Assembly: GCA_951406725.2 (NCBI GenBank)
Contig: OX597827.1
Coordinates: forward strand, 50,158,001-50,222,000
Length of the DNA: 64,000 bases
Direction of reading: 5' to 3'
Source: Octopus vulgaris
Taxonomy: Eukaryota
Shown here: positions 28,326 through 43,252 of the stretch, one piece after another
Layout: every line of letters begins with the position of its first letter
Position numbering within the stretch: position 1 is the first letter of the stretch
The notes under the pieces: model-generated
Database searches by the model: none
What the model was told of the DNA's origin: nothing
The model's input: the letters and a program-made list of their open reading frames with translations, nothing else
Position numbers and translations under genes: made by a program

Positions 28326-29633
28326 TCGTGAATGTTTCAGTGCGTGTGTGTGCATGCTTTAAGACAAATCAATCACATCTGTATATTTATTCAACAATTC
28401 ACATGAGCTCTACCTTTATCCGCATCATTATTTTCCATATAATGTATTTGCATTATATTCTGCACTACTTCCATCAACCGAAAGATGAGGTTCAACTATT
28501 AGGTCAGTTTGATCTGTCTGAAATAGTGATAGAAACCGTGGAAACTCCAGAGTAACAGGTCAGTGAACTGGCCTAAAACCACGATGTAACTACTGAAGCA
28601 GTATTTGTAATATAGGAGAAACTAACAACCCTAAAATGTATGTTGAAATGTGAAAACATAAACAAAAATCCACTGGTCAAAATTTTCAAATAACAGCGTT
28701 CTATGAGGTAACGGAAATAGAATAATCTAATAAGAGGGGAAGTGACGAGAGAGTGAACAGGAAAATAATTTAGGTGAAAATTATAAAATAAGGAGGGAGT
28801 AAATCAACATTTTCAAATAAAGGCATAAAAAGGATTAATATGTCAGAATTTACTAATAATTGATTTTTATGAGGTTGGCTTCGATACCGGAAATAAGAAT
28901 TTAGTTTGGAGAGAAAAAAATAACAAGGAAGAGGGGAAGAGAAGAGTAACGTAGAAGGAAATCTATATAATACAAAATGGAAGTTCGTCAATGAAAAATA
29001 ATATATATTTCTTTACTACCCACAAGGGGCTAAACACAGAGAGGACAAACAAGAACAAACAAACGGATTAAGTCGATTATATCGACCCCAGTGTGTAACT
29101 GGTGCTTATTTAATCGACCCCGAAAGGATGAAAGGCAAAGTCGACCTCGGCGGAGGGATACAATGCCATATTTACTATTGAACTATAGTTTGTTGTTAAT
29201 GTATTTAAATAAATAAAGAGGTTAATAAATTTATTAACAAGGAGCGGAAGTGATTTAGGTTTATATGTATACTAGCTGAAGGTGACCCGCTCTACGCGCG
29301 GGTAAGAGTGTGGTTGTTACTTTCTGTTGCTTCCTTTCAGCACGTAAAAAACACCATCCGAACGTGGCGGGTTGCAGCGCCGCCTTGACTGGCTTCTGTG
29401 CTGTTGGCACGTAAAAAGCACCAACCGATCGTGGCCGCTGCCAGCCCCCCCTGGCACCTGTGCCGGCGGCACGAAAAAAGCACCCACTACGCTCACAGAG
29501 TGGTTGGCGTTAGGAAGGGCATCCACCTGTAGAAACACTGCCAGATCAGACTGGAGCCTGGTGCAGCCTCCTGGCTTCCCAGACCCCGGTCAAACTGTCC
29601 AACCCGTGCTAGCACGGAAAACGGACGTTAAAC

Positions 29634-29691
<58 letters not shown>

Positions 29692-30483
29692 CTCCCTCCT
29701 TTCTCTCTCACTTTCCCACTCTCTTACTTTTCCTTTCTCTCGGACTCTCCCTCGCTTTCTCTTACTCTCTATCTTTATCTATCTCTCTCCCATTTATAAA
29801 CAACAAAAGATCTTGAGTAAGTTGAGAAATAAAATATTTAGAAAGATCAATCATAAATATCAGGCAGTAACAACGGAAAGGTCTGCTTAAAGGCAGACAG
29901 CAAAACACTAACAATTAAAAGGGACAGACGAACTTACGAGGTGAATAAAAATAATAAAATATTGGAAACCAAAGTTTGAAGGGATAGAATTTGAGGATAG
30001 TAGAGTCACCATGGCTGGCATTTCTTAACGACGGACAGCAACGTATTGACAGTTTAACGGCTGGCGTAAAATTTTGAACTTGATGTAAAAGAAAATCCCT
30101 AAACACCAAGTTTTGAATTGATTCTTTCTCACGACAGTAGACTCACCATGGCAAGCATTGAAAACTTCTTCATCATGGACGGCAACACATTGACGATTAA
30201 AAGGCTGGCGCAAATTTTTTAGCTTGATGTAACAGAGAATTGCTAAACACCCGCTCCAGTAAATTTTAATCCCCTTCAAGCCCCATTTAGACCCCATTTC
30301 ACATTTTGGTTAATATAACCCGATTTCATTCGGGTCTACTGGGGCCACATTTTATAAGATGAGGAATTTTGTCCTAGAGGTCACGCCTTTCATTTGAGGA
30401 AAAAAATAGTTGTCATGCAAACTTGCCAGCACTTTTAACATAGGTGTGAATATTTTCAGCTCAACCGACCACATAATGCACAC

Positions 30484-30554
<71 letters not shown>

Positions 30555-31286
30555 TGGAGTCTCTCTCATACGTGAGCGTTGACGCTGAATTCGACTGGTA
30601 AGCAGGTAACCCTGTCTTTGTTGAAATAGTTGTGAGCTGTTGGAGTTATTTCTCTGACGGGTAATAAGAATTTCCATATCCTCCGAGGAAACGAACTGTT
30701 GACCCAGACAATTAGAATTAATTTTAATAAAAACATCAATTTAAGAAAAAAATAATAAAGTAGTAAAAAATGAAAATTTAGCACGAAAAATTTGCAGGGT
30801 TCTAAATAAGTGTTAAAATGTAATAGATACGAAAAACCTATGTTATCACTATGTTCTGTTTGTATTTGGTCGATCGGCGCGTTGACAGGTAGACAATAGA
30901 ATGCGATGGCGATGGCGATGGAATATTTGTTTCTCTGTATGAATGCAGACAGATACATGAGTAAAAGTTATGGGAAAATAAGAAATAGAGTGAGTGAAAA
31001 TGTGCTGGGAAGAGAGGAAGTAGCGAGAGTGAGTTGAGGAAGGCAGATACATTAAATAACGAGAGTGGAATTGTCAAAGTTATAAATGAAGGGGAGTTAG
31101 AGGGGAATGGAGGAAATAGCGTGAGTGAGGAAGATGTCCCCTAGCAACCACACCTTTTAAGGTAGGGATTTCTAAGGTAGCCCACGGGCATTGTCACCTC
31201 ATTTTACATGTCCCTGTAAATTTTGGAGTGAATCGGACGGGATTTAGTGGCATTGAAAGCGATCCAAGCGGTAAAAACGCATTTCA

Positions 31287-31321
<35 letters not shown>

Positions 31322-33715
31322 GCGCGCATTTTGACATGTGGGCTCACAAACATGTATCTTTATAACGATCAAATGGTGTGTGAATAATATATTTAATATT
31401 TTTCTGAAGGAATTACTGTTGTTTATTCCACCCATATTTATTACCTTTCAAATGGAAAAGAGTATTCAAAATAAGGATGTAATCTGTATACACACACACA
31501 CACACTAACACACTCATACACATACACACTCAAACAGACATACACACACATATGTATATTCCATAACTGTTTAAAACTGAATACAGTTTGAATAATACTT
31601 CTACTCTATTCTTTCACTCTCAGTCGGTGTAAGGCAGGTGAAAGTATTCCTGAAGCCACAGAATTGAACACTATCATCAATGATACAATTAAAGATTTTG
31701 AAAAAGTATGTACTTTTATACGTTTTCTTTATATTTTTTCCGATTATATTTTCCCGCTCTTTGTTTTATATTATTTAATATTGTTTAATATACTGACATA
31801 AAAATTACGTAAATAAATACGCTGTTTAAATGTTACGAAACAAAAGAAGAGAGGAAGGGCTAGAAAGCGTGCTAATAAATTAGACATCAAAACTCTAAGA
31901 GCAACAAAACGTGACACCACACTTATTCTCAAAACACTACTGTATATATCATCTCACAGCTCTAGACACAGTAAGACATGCAACACTATTGTACAAGATC
32001 TACCTATGCTCACTAGAGATCAATGAGCAACATTCTGAAAACACGTAAATTCATCAATTGCAAAAAGCATTATAAATCGCTAAAAACAAATGCGAAGCTT
32101 TACACAACAACCACGAAATCAAACAGTGAAAATCATAAGCCAATACATAGAAATAAAATTAATTAAAAAATATATAAAAAATATAAAATATAAAATATAA
32201 AAATCCATTTAAAATATTTAAATTAAAGTTAAAATTTTTAAAAAATTATTTAAATTAATAATTTAAACTTATAAATTATAAATATATATATATATATTTA
32301 TTATTATTTTATTTAATTATTTATTTTTTTATATTTTTATATTTTTATATATTTTTTTATTATTTATATTTTTTATTTTTTTAGTTTTTATTTTATTTTT
32401 TTAATTTTTTAATTTTTTATATTTTTATATTTTTATATTTATTTATTTATTTATTTAAACTATCAAAAAGTATTAAAAGTTTAATACGATAAAGAGTAAA
32501 AACACTACGATCGTTTCATGCCCGTAACCAATTCGAATAACAATAATTTAAATTCAATTGATAATTCGAGTTATGGTTACAGTCAATCTTCAGGTTAATT
32601 GTAATATTTTAATAAATAATCAAAAATATTTAAACAATATTTTATAAGAAATAAATAATATAATAAATTTTCTTATAAAAAATTCTATTATCAAACTAGA
32701 AACTTAACGATTATGATTATGTCAAAACAACGATTATAATGTTAAATATTAATTTTAATTTTTAAGTATTAATTTTTAAGGTAATAAACCCACTAATAAT
32801 CTAATATCAGTAATAGTCAATATCTAATTACATAAATATTTTACAAAAAAAATGATTATTCATATTATTAAAATATAAAATATCAATGAACATATATAAA
32901 TGTATATAAATATATAATTAAGATCTAAATAATCTCTATAAATAAATATATATGCACATATAATAAAGACCTAATAAATTAATTTTTCATATTTAAAGAT
33001 GAAATAGCTAATTTCCAAAATACAAACAAACAATCTTAAACGAACGCTATAGTAAATTAACTATCTTTATCTCTTTGGCTAAATAATAACTTTCAAAAAT
33101 CTTATCTTTAAAGTACTTAAAGAAATAATCAATTCGTAGTTATATAGTAACAAGTAAATACTATAAATATATTTATCAATGGGAATAATGTAACTAGCAA
33201 ATAACAATTTAAAAAGACAATATATAAGTTAAAATAATAATTATAAGAAATTTAAAACTACAATTAATGCTATTAATACATGTATATACATGAATCTAAC
33301 TTATACAAACTCATATACTTGCTATCAAACAACATATCTATCGCTAAGTAAATTCTTAAGAATAAACTTAAAGTTAATATCTAATAATTATATAGAAAAT
33401 TACGATAATTGGATATACAACGATATATACATAAAAAAAACAATAATATTATACCATAAGACTTATAAATATTAAAATTTAAAGATCTTAAATATAAATA
33501 TATACTTATGTTAGCGAGGTTTTGTAATGAACTAAAATTTTGAATCGGAAAACGTCTTTACAGTGTTTATAAGAATACTCGTGGAATTACGTTATTAGCA
33601 AAAGAAGAATAAATTGTTGAAGAATTCATTAAGCGTGAGGAACAGATACGCTTTATCAATGAAGATTGTGAATGGGAACAGTTATGGTTTATCAATAAAT
33701 GTAAATAGAATGAAG

Positions 33716-33781
<66 letters not shown>

Positions 33782-36700
33782 GTGTGTGCATGTATTGGCT
33801 ATTGATGCTTTTTGAAAGATGATATATAACATCGGAAAATTGCCTGCACTGATCCCAAGCCTTTACTTCCTTCATCTTTTCGGAGGTATAGCCTGTTTGC
33901 AGCACTGTTTCTATAGACGTTTCCAGATAATGTTAATATATTATGCATTTTAATGCCTATAGAGCGGATTTCCTCTACAGACCAGTCATGTATCCCAAAT
34001 GCTGGCATATGTACTAGTACTGCGAATGCTTGCGGGATATGACTTTCTTGTATCAGGAGAACTTCGACTCCCATATTTTTCGATCTCTGGTGTAATATTC
34101 TCGTGTGGCATTCTGCGTGTGGAGCTGGAGAGCTAATGAAAGCATTGATGCACGGATTTTGGAATTTGGAGTCTGTGTATATACAGAATGTATATGGTGT
34201 TATATTATAATACATTTACATGTGTACATTTAATACATATGCATTTAGCTTTGTAAATGAACCATGTGGTTAAACGACACGACATTATTTTCCAGCTTAA
34301 AGGGAATGAAAGGAAATAGAGATTCTTCGTGGTGCATGTAATAAGCAAGCAAAACCAATGGATCTACTTTCTGCTTCATTCTGCTGAGATAGCTGTGTGG
34401 TTTAAGCATAAGGTCTCTTTTAACAGATTAAATGTAGGGTTATTAAACTTAGGCATGTGATTATACGCACAATTTCCCCACAATCAATACTGTCTCGGCA
34501 CTTTGCTTAATTAACATCGTATTTTTCTGGATTGGAGCTTTTATTAAAATCTATAAATTAATCAGCTAATACAGATTATAATGCATTTATTTTATCTATA
34601 AATGACAGCAAATAACAATTAAAGACAAAATCGAGAGTATTTCGGTGGATTTGAGCCATATTGAAATAATGAGTGGTGATGTTGACAAGTGGTTTGCGGA
34701 TATGAAAGGTGGATTAGATATCAACTTTGGAAACTTTACATCTGAAGTAAGTAAACAACTGTCTTTTTCTAATAGAAATTAGACGTTGCCAAACTTCTAC
34801 ATTTTTCACCCAAATTAAATGATAAGTACTATATCAACCTCATTTCCAGTTATAACTGGGCCTGAGCTTATTTAATAGTTTCAGTGAATTGTCGAAGAGA
34901 TCTTTTTGCTGTTTAGGATTTGCATTTAACTCAAACTTCCAATGTATTACACTTGCTATGACTTTCTGTAACATACTACTCGTTGAATCAATCTAAAAAT
35001 ATTTTCGACAAATTCATCTCTAGTGCGACTTCCATGAAATTTTGCATTACAGTTGATAGTCAATAATTTCAGGTTAACAATATAGAACACTGTAAAGAGG
35101 TCGGTAACATGCACCGTGTAGTGAGCCAAGGGATTACTTACTTGTAATTAATAAATAAAAAAAAGTTTCTATCTAGCAATTAATTCTAGTTAAGAAGGGC
35201 ATAATATAATACGAGGGGCGTTCAATAAGTAATGCCCCTGACCCACTCCCCATAGCAGTAGAGCAACGAAACTTGGCACAGTTATTAGTCTTTTTCTACA
35301 TAGGAACCACTCAGAGTTACACATTTCTCCCATCGTTTGATGCAACTCTGGAGACCGTTTTTGTAGAAGACCCTAGCTTGGTCCTCCAACCACGACGTGA
35401 CTTCAGAAACCAAGGCTGCATCATCTGGGAAACGCTTTCCTTTCAAAAACAACTTCATGGCTAGGAAGAGGTGAAAATCAGAGGGTGCAAGGTCAGGAGA
35501 GTAGGGGGATGGGGGAGGAGTTCATAGCCGCACGCCTGTGCTTCTGATCTGGCGACACGCGAGTTGTAGACCGGAGCGTTGTCCTGCAGGAGGAGGATGC
35601 CTTTGCTGATCTTGGCGAATAGTTATGCGTCGAACTTCCAAAATGGCAGCCTCAACTTGACGGACAGATGCCTCATCAATGGCAGAAGGGGGGCGACCAT
35701 ATTTGGGAGCTGTTTCCACAGAGTTCCAACCATGTTTGAATTCACGATGCCAGCGTTTTACAAGGTCATATGATGGGGTATCATCACCATAAGTTACTTT
35801 CATTTCATCAAAAGTCTCCCGTGGTGTGCGTCCTTTCAAATACAAAAACCGGATCACTGCTCGACACTCAACAGGCTCCATTTCACACTTGACTCAGTTC
35901 AAGCACCTGTATATCAGAAACCACAATTAGTTCAGAGCTGTAATTTGCCACCTAATCTATAGAGATATAAATAATTGCACATGTAAATTTTCAGCTAGAC
36001 CAAACAACTGCAAGTGGGTCAGAGGCATTACTTATTGAACGCCCCTCGTATATTCAGTATTTGTGTAGATCACCTTACTTGCCTGAAACTTCAAAAATCT
36101 TAATCTTTCTTGAATGTCCTCCGACCCTCTTTGTATTTATAACTACTTTGATCTAACAGTACTATTTTATCTCAACAACTGATTGTCCTGTAAATGCCGA
36201 TGTCCTACTGGTTAGAATATTGGATTTAATTCTGAGGCTGGACAGTGTGTTGTGGTATTGTGCAAAGCTCTTCATTCTACGTTGTTTTGATATACTCACC
36301 TAAAACTGAACGTGAGTGGTACCTGGATGATTAATCCAGTAATGGATTGGCATCCTGTTCAGAGAGGAGTTTTTTTTACTTCACCCTTAAATACCCTAAA
36401 TATCTAGATAAGCTCCAACCTCATGAGCCTGTGGGCTTGAGGTAAACGTTTTTTTTCGATTAACCGTCTTGTTTTAATTCTCTCATCTATACTCTTTCAC
36501 AGAAATCTTTGTGACGCGCAGTTGCCCTTTTCATTATTATTAAAAGCAAGTAGATTCATATCATCTTGAACATAATGATTTTTTTTCTTGTACATCTTTG
36601 CCTGCAGAGCTTTTGTAATATGTTTTTTCTCTGCCAAGTTTATGGCATTGTCCCACCATTAAACTTTTCATTCTTTTGGTAAAAAGGCAACTTGTAACAT

Positions 36701-39700
36701 GTGGGAACATATCTATACTTAGAGAAATAGTTTTTAAAATTCATAGGAAACGTATATCAAAGGACCGTTTTAGTCTTAAAGCTTAAATTTTCTTTCGTCA
36801 TATAGGCTTTTAGAGCCTTCATTATGTGGTTTAAAATTATGACCGGATATGAGTGGGTTGTTTTTTACTTCTGGCCTACACATATATTTGTTTTAACTTC
36901 ATATTTTGAGTGTAGCTGGAAGAAAGTTTTCTTTTAGAAATCCCCAATCTCTAACCATACTTCCAATTGTTTCACACTTTTGTTGACTTTTGATCATATA
37001 AACCATTTGGATGATAGTTTACTGTGAAATCTGTTTATTGAAATGTATTTTACACTAAATGAATTAAGCAACATCACTTTTGCTTCATGGTAGAATGACT
37101 AACATTAAGCTGAGTACGTGGCTTTTAAAGTATCTTAAAAATATATAACATTCAAATTTGCTTAATGGTATAGCATGGAAATATAAATTAATGAACTTTG
37201 AAATTAGCATGAATTTTAATTTTGTAAAAGTTCATGAAAATTATGTCGTTATGATTTTCGGTAGTGTGATATTCAATATTTTCATGCAGCTCCAGAAAGA
37301 ATCTACTCAAGCAAATCTTACCGCGATTTCAAGTGAGCTAAATAGACTAGCCACTACTTTATCTCAACCAGTCCTTAGCGTTTTAGCAATAGAGGCAGAA
37401 CGTATCGACAAAAATGAAGTGAAAAATGTGACAGATTTGAAAAACAGATTGGAGCAGGATATCCATTTATTAAAGGCTAAGAGTCAGCAAAGCCTGGTAA
37501 GTCCATTTTCGTTTATCTATATTTCATTTCTTTTGACAGAGAATTCTTTCTATTGCTTTTTTTTGTTACATATTTGATAGCTTTAAAATATTTTTTACTA
37601 ATATCATTCACACAGTCTTGCGTTCATCTTTGCCTCAGTTCATTACTACTACACATCATCATCATTTAGCGTCTGTTTTCCATACTGGCTTGGATTAGGC
37701 GGTTTGATTGGAGCTGGTAAATCGGAGAGTTGTACCAGGCTCCACCAGTCTGCTTTAGTTTAATTTCTTTGGCTAGATACCCTTCGTAACGGCAAATACT
37801 CTACAGATTCTACTGATTGCCTTTACGTGTCACAAGCACAGGTGCCTTTCATATATCACTGGCACTGGACACGGCCACGATTTCACTTAGCATGACGTGT
37901 CTTCTTAAGCACAGCAAATCGCCAGAAGTTTCGATTACTTGTCATCACTTTCGTGAGTCTCAGCAACCGAGGGTCATATTTCACCATCTCGTCCCACGTC
38001 TTCTTGGGACTACAGGTTCCCTCCACAATTAAAAAAGGGTACTTCTTTATGTCCTCGTCCATACACATAATATGACCATACATCGTTTGTACGGCGTTCA
38101 ACTATACCTAGCTTTTGCATTGACCACCAGTTAAGGAGCGGAGAACCCTGTCAAAGCTTTCTCCATAACAACAAAAGCCAAGTAAAGAGGGTTCTTTTTG
38201 CTAAGTACTTCTCCTGCAGCTGGTGCCTTATCAGGAATATCAGTAGTGCTTCTCCCTGGCACAAAATCAACCTACATCTTGTCTAAACTAATTCTCTTCC
38301 TAACTACTTGTGCTGTGACCCTTACTGTAATTTTCATCATCTGGTCGAGCAATTTGAATAGATAGAAATAATTACATAGAAATAATTACATCCTTCATGT
38401 TAAACATTATGGCTGTCATCAGCCATGTTTCTTTCAGTTCTGAGGGCTCTTTGCCAACTCGTACTCTAGCCACACGCTTGCCACAGTACGATGGCAAAAG
38501 CACCCACTCCTCCGATCTCATTGCCTCCGTGGAGTGCTTAAATGCCTCCTCCTCTGTCGCAAAGCGCACCTCCACGGTAACGTACTCCCTTCCTCTTGTT
38601 ATGAATGTCATTAGTTTTTAATATTTTTTAAACACTCTTCAATTTCCTCCACTGTCGCTATTTCTATCTTCCTCGTTGCTATTTTCATCGTCTTGAATAT
38701 TACTGTACTTTTCGTTACATTGTTTGTCAATTCTGCAGGCAGCGTTAACTTCAATGTATCTCCGTCTTTTTCCAGCAACCTCTTACATTCCTTCATTTTT
38801 CTTGGCTCCACCTTTATTTCACGGATTTCCAGCGTTTCTGCTTCTATCCCTTTTCAAGTTGCGGCCGCATAACTGTGACCACCTGTTGTTGTTTTCTCCA
38901 TTTTTCTCCCAATGGAGAAATAAAACAACAATTCCACTTAACAATAGCAACAATTGAGGAAAAATAATTTAATGTAATTTACCATTAATGCTACATAATA
39001 TCAGATATACACATTTAGAATATTTGTTTTTTCTTATGCAAGAGAAAAAGTTTTAAACATTTTCATTGTTTCGTAAAATAATAATAAAAAAAATACTTTA
39101 TACATAAATTCAAGTATGCAATCAAGTTGCATCATCAATCAAACATATAACCAAATTTGCCTATTTACACACATAATACAATGCACAAGAAAGAATATAT
39201 TTCATAACCATTAATTTAAAATTTTCGTTTCAGAAAATATATAACGACCTCGTATCAGCCATTAATGCTTCGGAAGACTTCTTGAAAAATCGCCTAGATA
39301 GCACAATTAAAAATCGATTACTGCTTTTTGCTGACTATTTACTAGGGATCTGGAATAATTTTGTTTCCAACATTCTCCGTTTGGTAAGAATTTGATATTT
39401 TAATATTATTTTTATATATAATTTTATAGATTATTACGTATTTACATGTGTCACATATATTATACATAATAGGCACGTGAACACCATATGTACGCTTAAA
39501 ACACTGATACACTTATTCCTACTGTTTAGTCCCACGTTGGCCTTGATAAAGCTAACCTAATATAAAATATATTGAAACCACCACCATCTCACATTTTTTC
39601 CGAAATAGCATATACCGGAGTACATTCTCGAAATTAGCCTTTTTTATGATGGTAAGGTGTAATGTGAGGGACATTCGGCTCGTATTTCTAGAATGTAAGT

Positions 39701-41040
39701 TGAACCAAGTAGAGCAGCGGTTCAGTGTTAGTATGTATCACAGAACAAACAACATACATAAATTATGTTTTTAGTAGTTTCATCTCATTTAACATTTTAT
39801 TTTTATTTAAATGAGATTTTTTAATTCAGTGTTGCACGAAATTTGTTTTCGATTATGCATATTGTTGAAAAACCTTGTTCAAAATGATATTTTGATATGA
39901 CCAACGAAAGAATTTCTATGCATTTTGTAGACATAGATACGGCAAAATTCAACATGTGATAAAGCAGAATCTTGTTAGGGAAGAGATTTTAATCTACACA
40001 TTAATCTTTTTGATTCAAATTGATCTGTGATTAATTCTAAAACGATTTCGAATGATTTCCAATTCACTGTCAAGAAGATAGTTATTACCTGGACTCCATT
40101 GATGCCTTTTGTATTCAAAAACGTTTCAACATGGCGTGGTCAGGTTTCAGCAATGCGTGTTTATTCCACAATTCAACATTCATCTGTATTGATTTTAATT
40201 TGTCTACGCAGTCTCTAATAATAGCTAGGTTACCTTGAAATGACTTGTTGGATGTTCGTGCTATAAGAAAGTATTCAAGCTAGTTTTGCCCTTCATTTGT
40301 TGTCAGAAAGTTTATCTGCAGTTCTTAAAAAGAATTCTCTTAGTTCATCATTCCAACTCGAGCTACTGTATTATTCCTGGGAAGTCATCTTCTGTGTGAA
40401 AGAAGTGTCCCTTCCCTAGTCTTCAAATCCTGATGCAACAAACCAATTGTTCTTACGCTTAGATGATAAGATTTGACAATGTTCCTGGCAGAAACGTTAG
40501 CACGCCGGGCGAAATTCGTAGCCGTATTTCGTCTGTCGTTACGTTGTGAGTCCAAATTCTGCCGAGGTCGACTTTGCTTTTCATCCTTTCAGGGTCGATA
40601 AATTAAGTACCAGTTACGCACTGGGGTCGATGTAATCGACTTAATACCTATGTCTGTCCTTGTTTGTCCCCTCTGTGTTTATCCCCTTGTGGGTAATAAA
40701 GAAATAGGTATTGAGAGCTGATGACACTGCTTTATCCTTTAAGCATAAGGAAAATGGGTTTCTAGCATACATATGAATTATACAGGGTATATTGATATTT
40801 ACTGATGCTACGATATCAGATCCACAAGCCAGTATTGCAGTAGCTCCATCAGTTGTGAGGACAGGGATTTACCGAACGACCATTTTCATAGAAACAAGAA
40901 AAAATTCATATAATGCCTGCTTCTTTTGTAGTGTTCTCTAAGGGATGACAAAACAAGGGTTCTCTTTAAATTCTGGACATCTGATGAGACGTATGTAGTC
41001 AGATTAAGTTGGATTAAGCTAGTTAGCGGAATCTGTGATA

Positions 41041-41083
<43 letters not shown>

Positions 41084-43211
41084 TCACACGTATATATCAG
41101 ACATATCACGCACACACATGTTAGATAATATAAAAATAATGCAACTCTACAGACAGAATCTTTCGATAGAGTATTTTCAACATTTCCTCCTAACACGAGT
41201 CAGCTATATCTTTGCAACAGGGCAAGATCGAAGTTTCACTGAGTGAGATTTTTCAATTTTGTAACTCACAAGGTAACTCTATACTCGTAGTTGACATTTT
41301 AGCTATTTGGAGGGAAATATCCATGAAAAATGCAAAGAAAGCAACCCTGTATGAACCAACATATAACGTAATAGAAAAGTGGTGGCGTTTGCTTCCTACA
41401 TGTCAAATTTATAAGATATACTGGTTGCATTTAATCGACTGTGATTCCTTCAAAATTCCAGTATTTTACAAATCTCACCTAAAATAGAGCGTATGTATAT
41501 ATGTGTGTGTGGGCGTGTGTCATGAAGAATTCTGCCGGGAATTTATGGTTGTATATAAGCGTTAGCTTCATTCCCCTTGTATATTTCCGTTGACTGAAGG
41601 CGGCGAGCTGGCAGAAACGTTAGCACGCCGGGCGAAATTCGTAGCCGTATTTCGTCTGCTGTTACGTTCTGAGTTCAAATTCCGCCGAGGTCGACTTTGC
41701 CTTTCATCTTTTCGGGGTCGATAAATTAAGTACCAGTTACGCACTGGGGTTGATATAATTGACTTAATCCGTTTGTCTGTCCTTGTTTGTCCCCTCTATT
41801 TTTAGCCCCATGTGGGCAATAAAGAAATATATATTTCCGTCGACTTTCTTGATCGACACGGAAGTGAAGGAAGGAAATGGTGGCAAAAGGGAAGTCAACA
41901 CCTGCTTATATACGATCTTTACCCTGTAAAGTTTGAGTAATAAGCAACCTTAGATGGACTGAGATATTTTTTCTCGGAGAGAAATAAGATATCAGCTGTG
42001 CGTGCTAATAAGTGACTATGTGTAAGTCTAGGTTGATAGAGACAAGGAAGGAAAATTGTTCACTAGGTATAGTTTTAGATTTTGGCATCTAGATACGTAA
42101 AGCAGATGCCGGTGTGTCATGGTTTTTACGATAATCTCTTGATGGGAGCTGCTTCGATGTCTTGTAGCAAAGCAAACTCTACATTCATAGATGTATTTAC
42201 ATCTATGAAGCAAGTGGAACTGTTGAACATATGATATACCTATCCCATCAAAGAGAGGAAGCCTACTATATCATATATGATATGATCACATTAGACATCA
42301 AATAGCGATATTACACTAAAAAATACACATGCCATCCCACACATAATGATAATGAAGAATTATCGTGTATTCTTTTACTCTTTTATTTGTTTCAGTCATT
42401 TGACTGTGGTCATGCTGGAGCACCGCCTTTAGTCGAGAAAATCGACTTCAGGACTTATTCGTTGGAAGCCTAGTACTTACTCTGTTGGTCTCTTTTGCCG
42501 AACCGCTAAGTTACGTGGATGTAAACACACCACCATCGGCTGTCAAGCGATTTTTTGGTGGGGGGGAGGGGAGAAAACACAGACACACAAACATACACTC
42601 ACATACATATATACATATATACGATGGGCTTCTTTCAGTTTCCGTCTACCAAACTCACTCACGAGACTTTGGTCGGCCCGAGGCTATAGTAGAAGACACT
42701 TGCCCAAGGTGCCACGCAGTGGGAATGAACCCGAAACCATGTGGTTGGTAAGCAAGCTACTTACCACACAGCTACTCCTGCGCCTATATATATATATGTG
42801 CGTGTGTGTGTGTGTGTATGTGTATGTGTGTGTGTGTATATATTTGCTTACCGACTACATGGTTCAGAGTTCATTCCCACTGCGTGGCACCTTGGGCAAG
42901 TGTCTTTACTATAGCCTCGGGCCAACCAAAGCCCTGTGAGTGGATTTGGTAGACGGAAACTGAAAGAAGCCTGTCGTATATATGTATATATATGTATGTG
43001 TGTGTGAGTGTTTGCGTGTCTGTATTTGTTCTCCCAACACCGCTTAACAACCGATGTTGGTGTGTTTACGTCCCCGTAACTTAGCGGTTCGGCAAAAGAG
43101 ACCGATAGAATAAGTACTGGCCTTACAAAGAATAAGATTTGGGGTCGATTTGCTCGACTAAATGTGGTACTCCAGCATGGCCACAGTCAAATGATTGAAA
43201 CAAGTAAAAGA

Positions 43212-43252
<41 letters not shown>

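Noticed and set aside
29330-29490. Three spaced GCACGTAAAAA..CACC repeats resembling a CRISPR array
   Set aside because: Degenerate subrepeats in a retroelement tail, eukaryotic context, no cas genes
37158-37577. Full ORFs overlapping prominin exons (also 7036, 26155, 45308)
   Set aside because: Extensions beyond the splice sites are intronic read-through
39900-40480. Coding-like degenerate sequence
   Set aside because: Multiple stops in all frames; family could not be assigned
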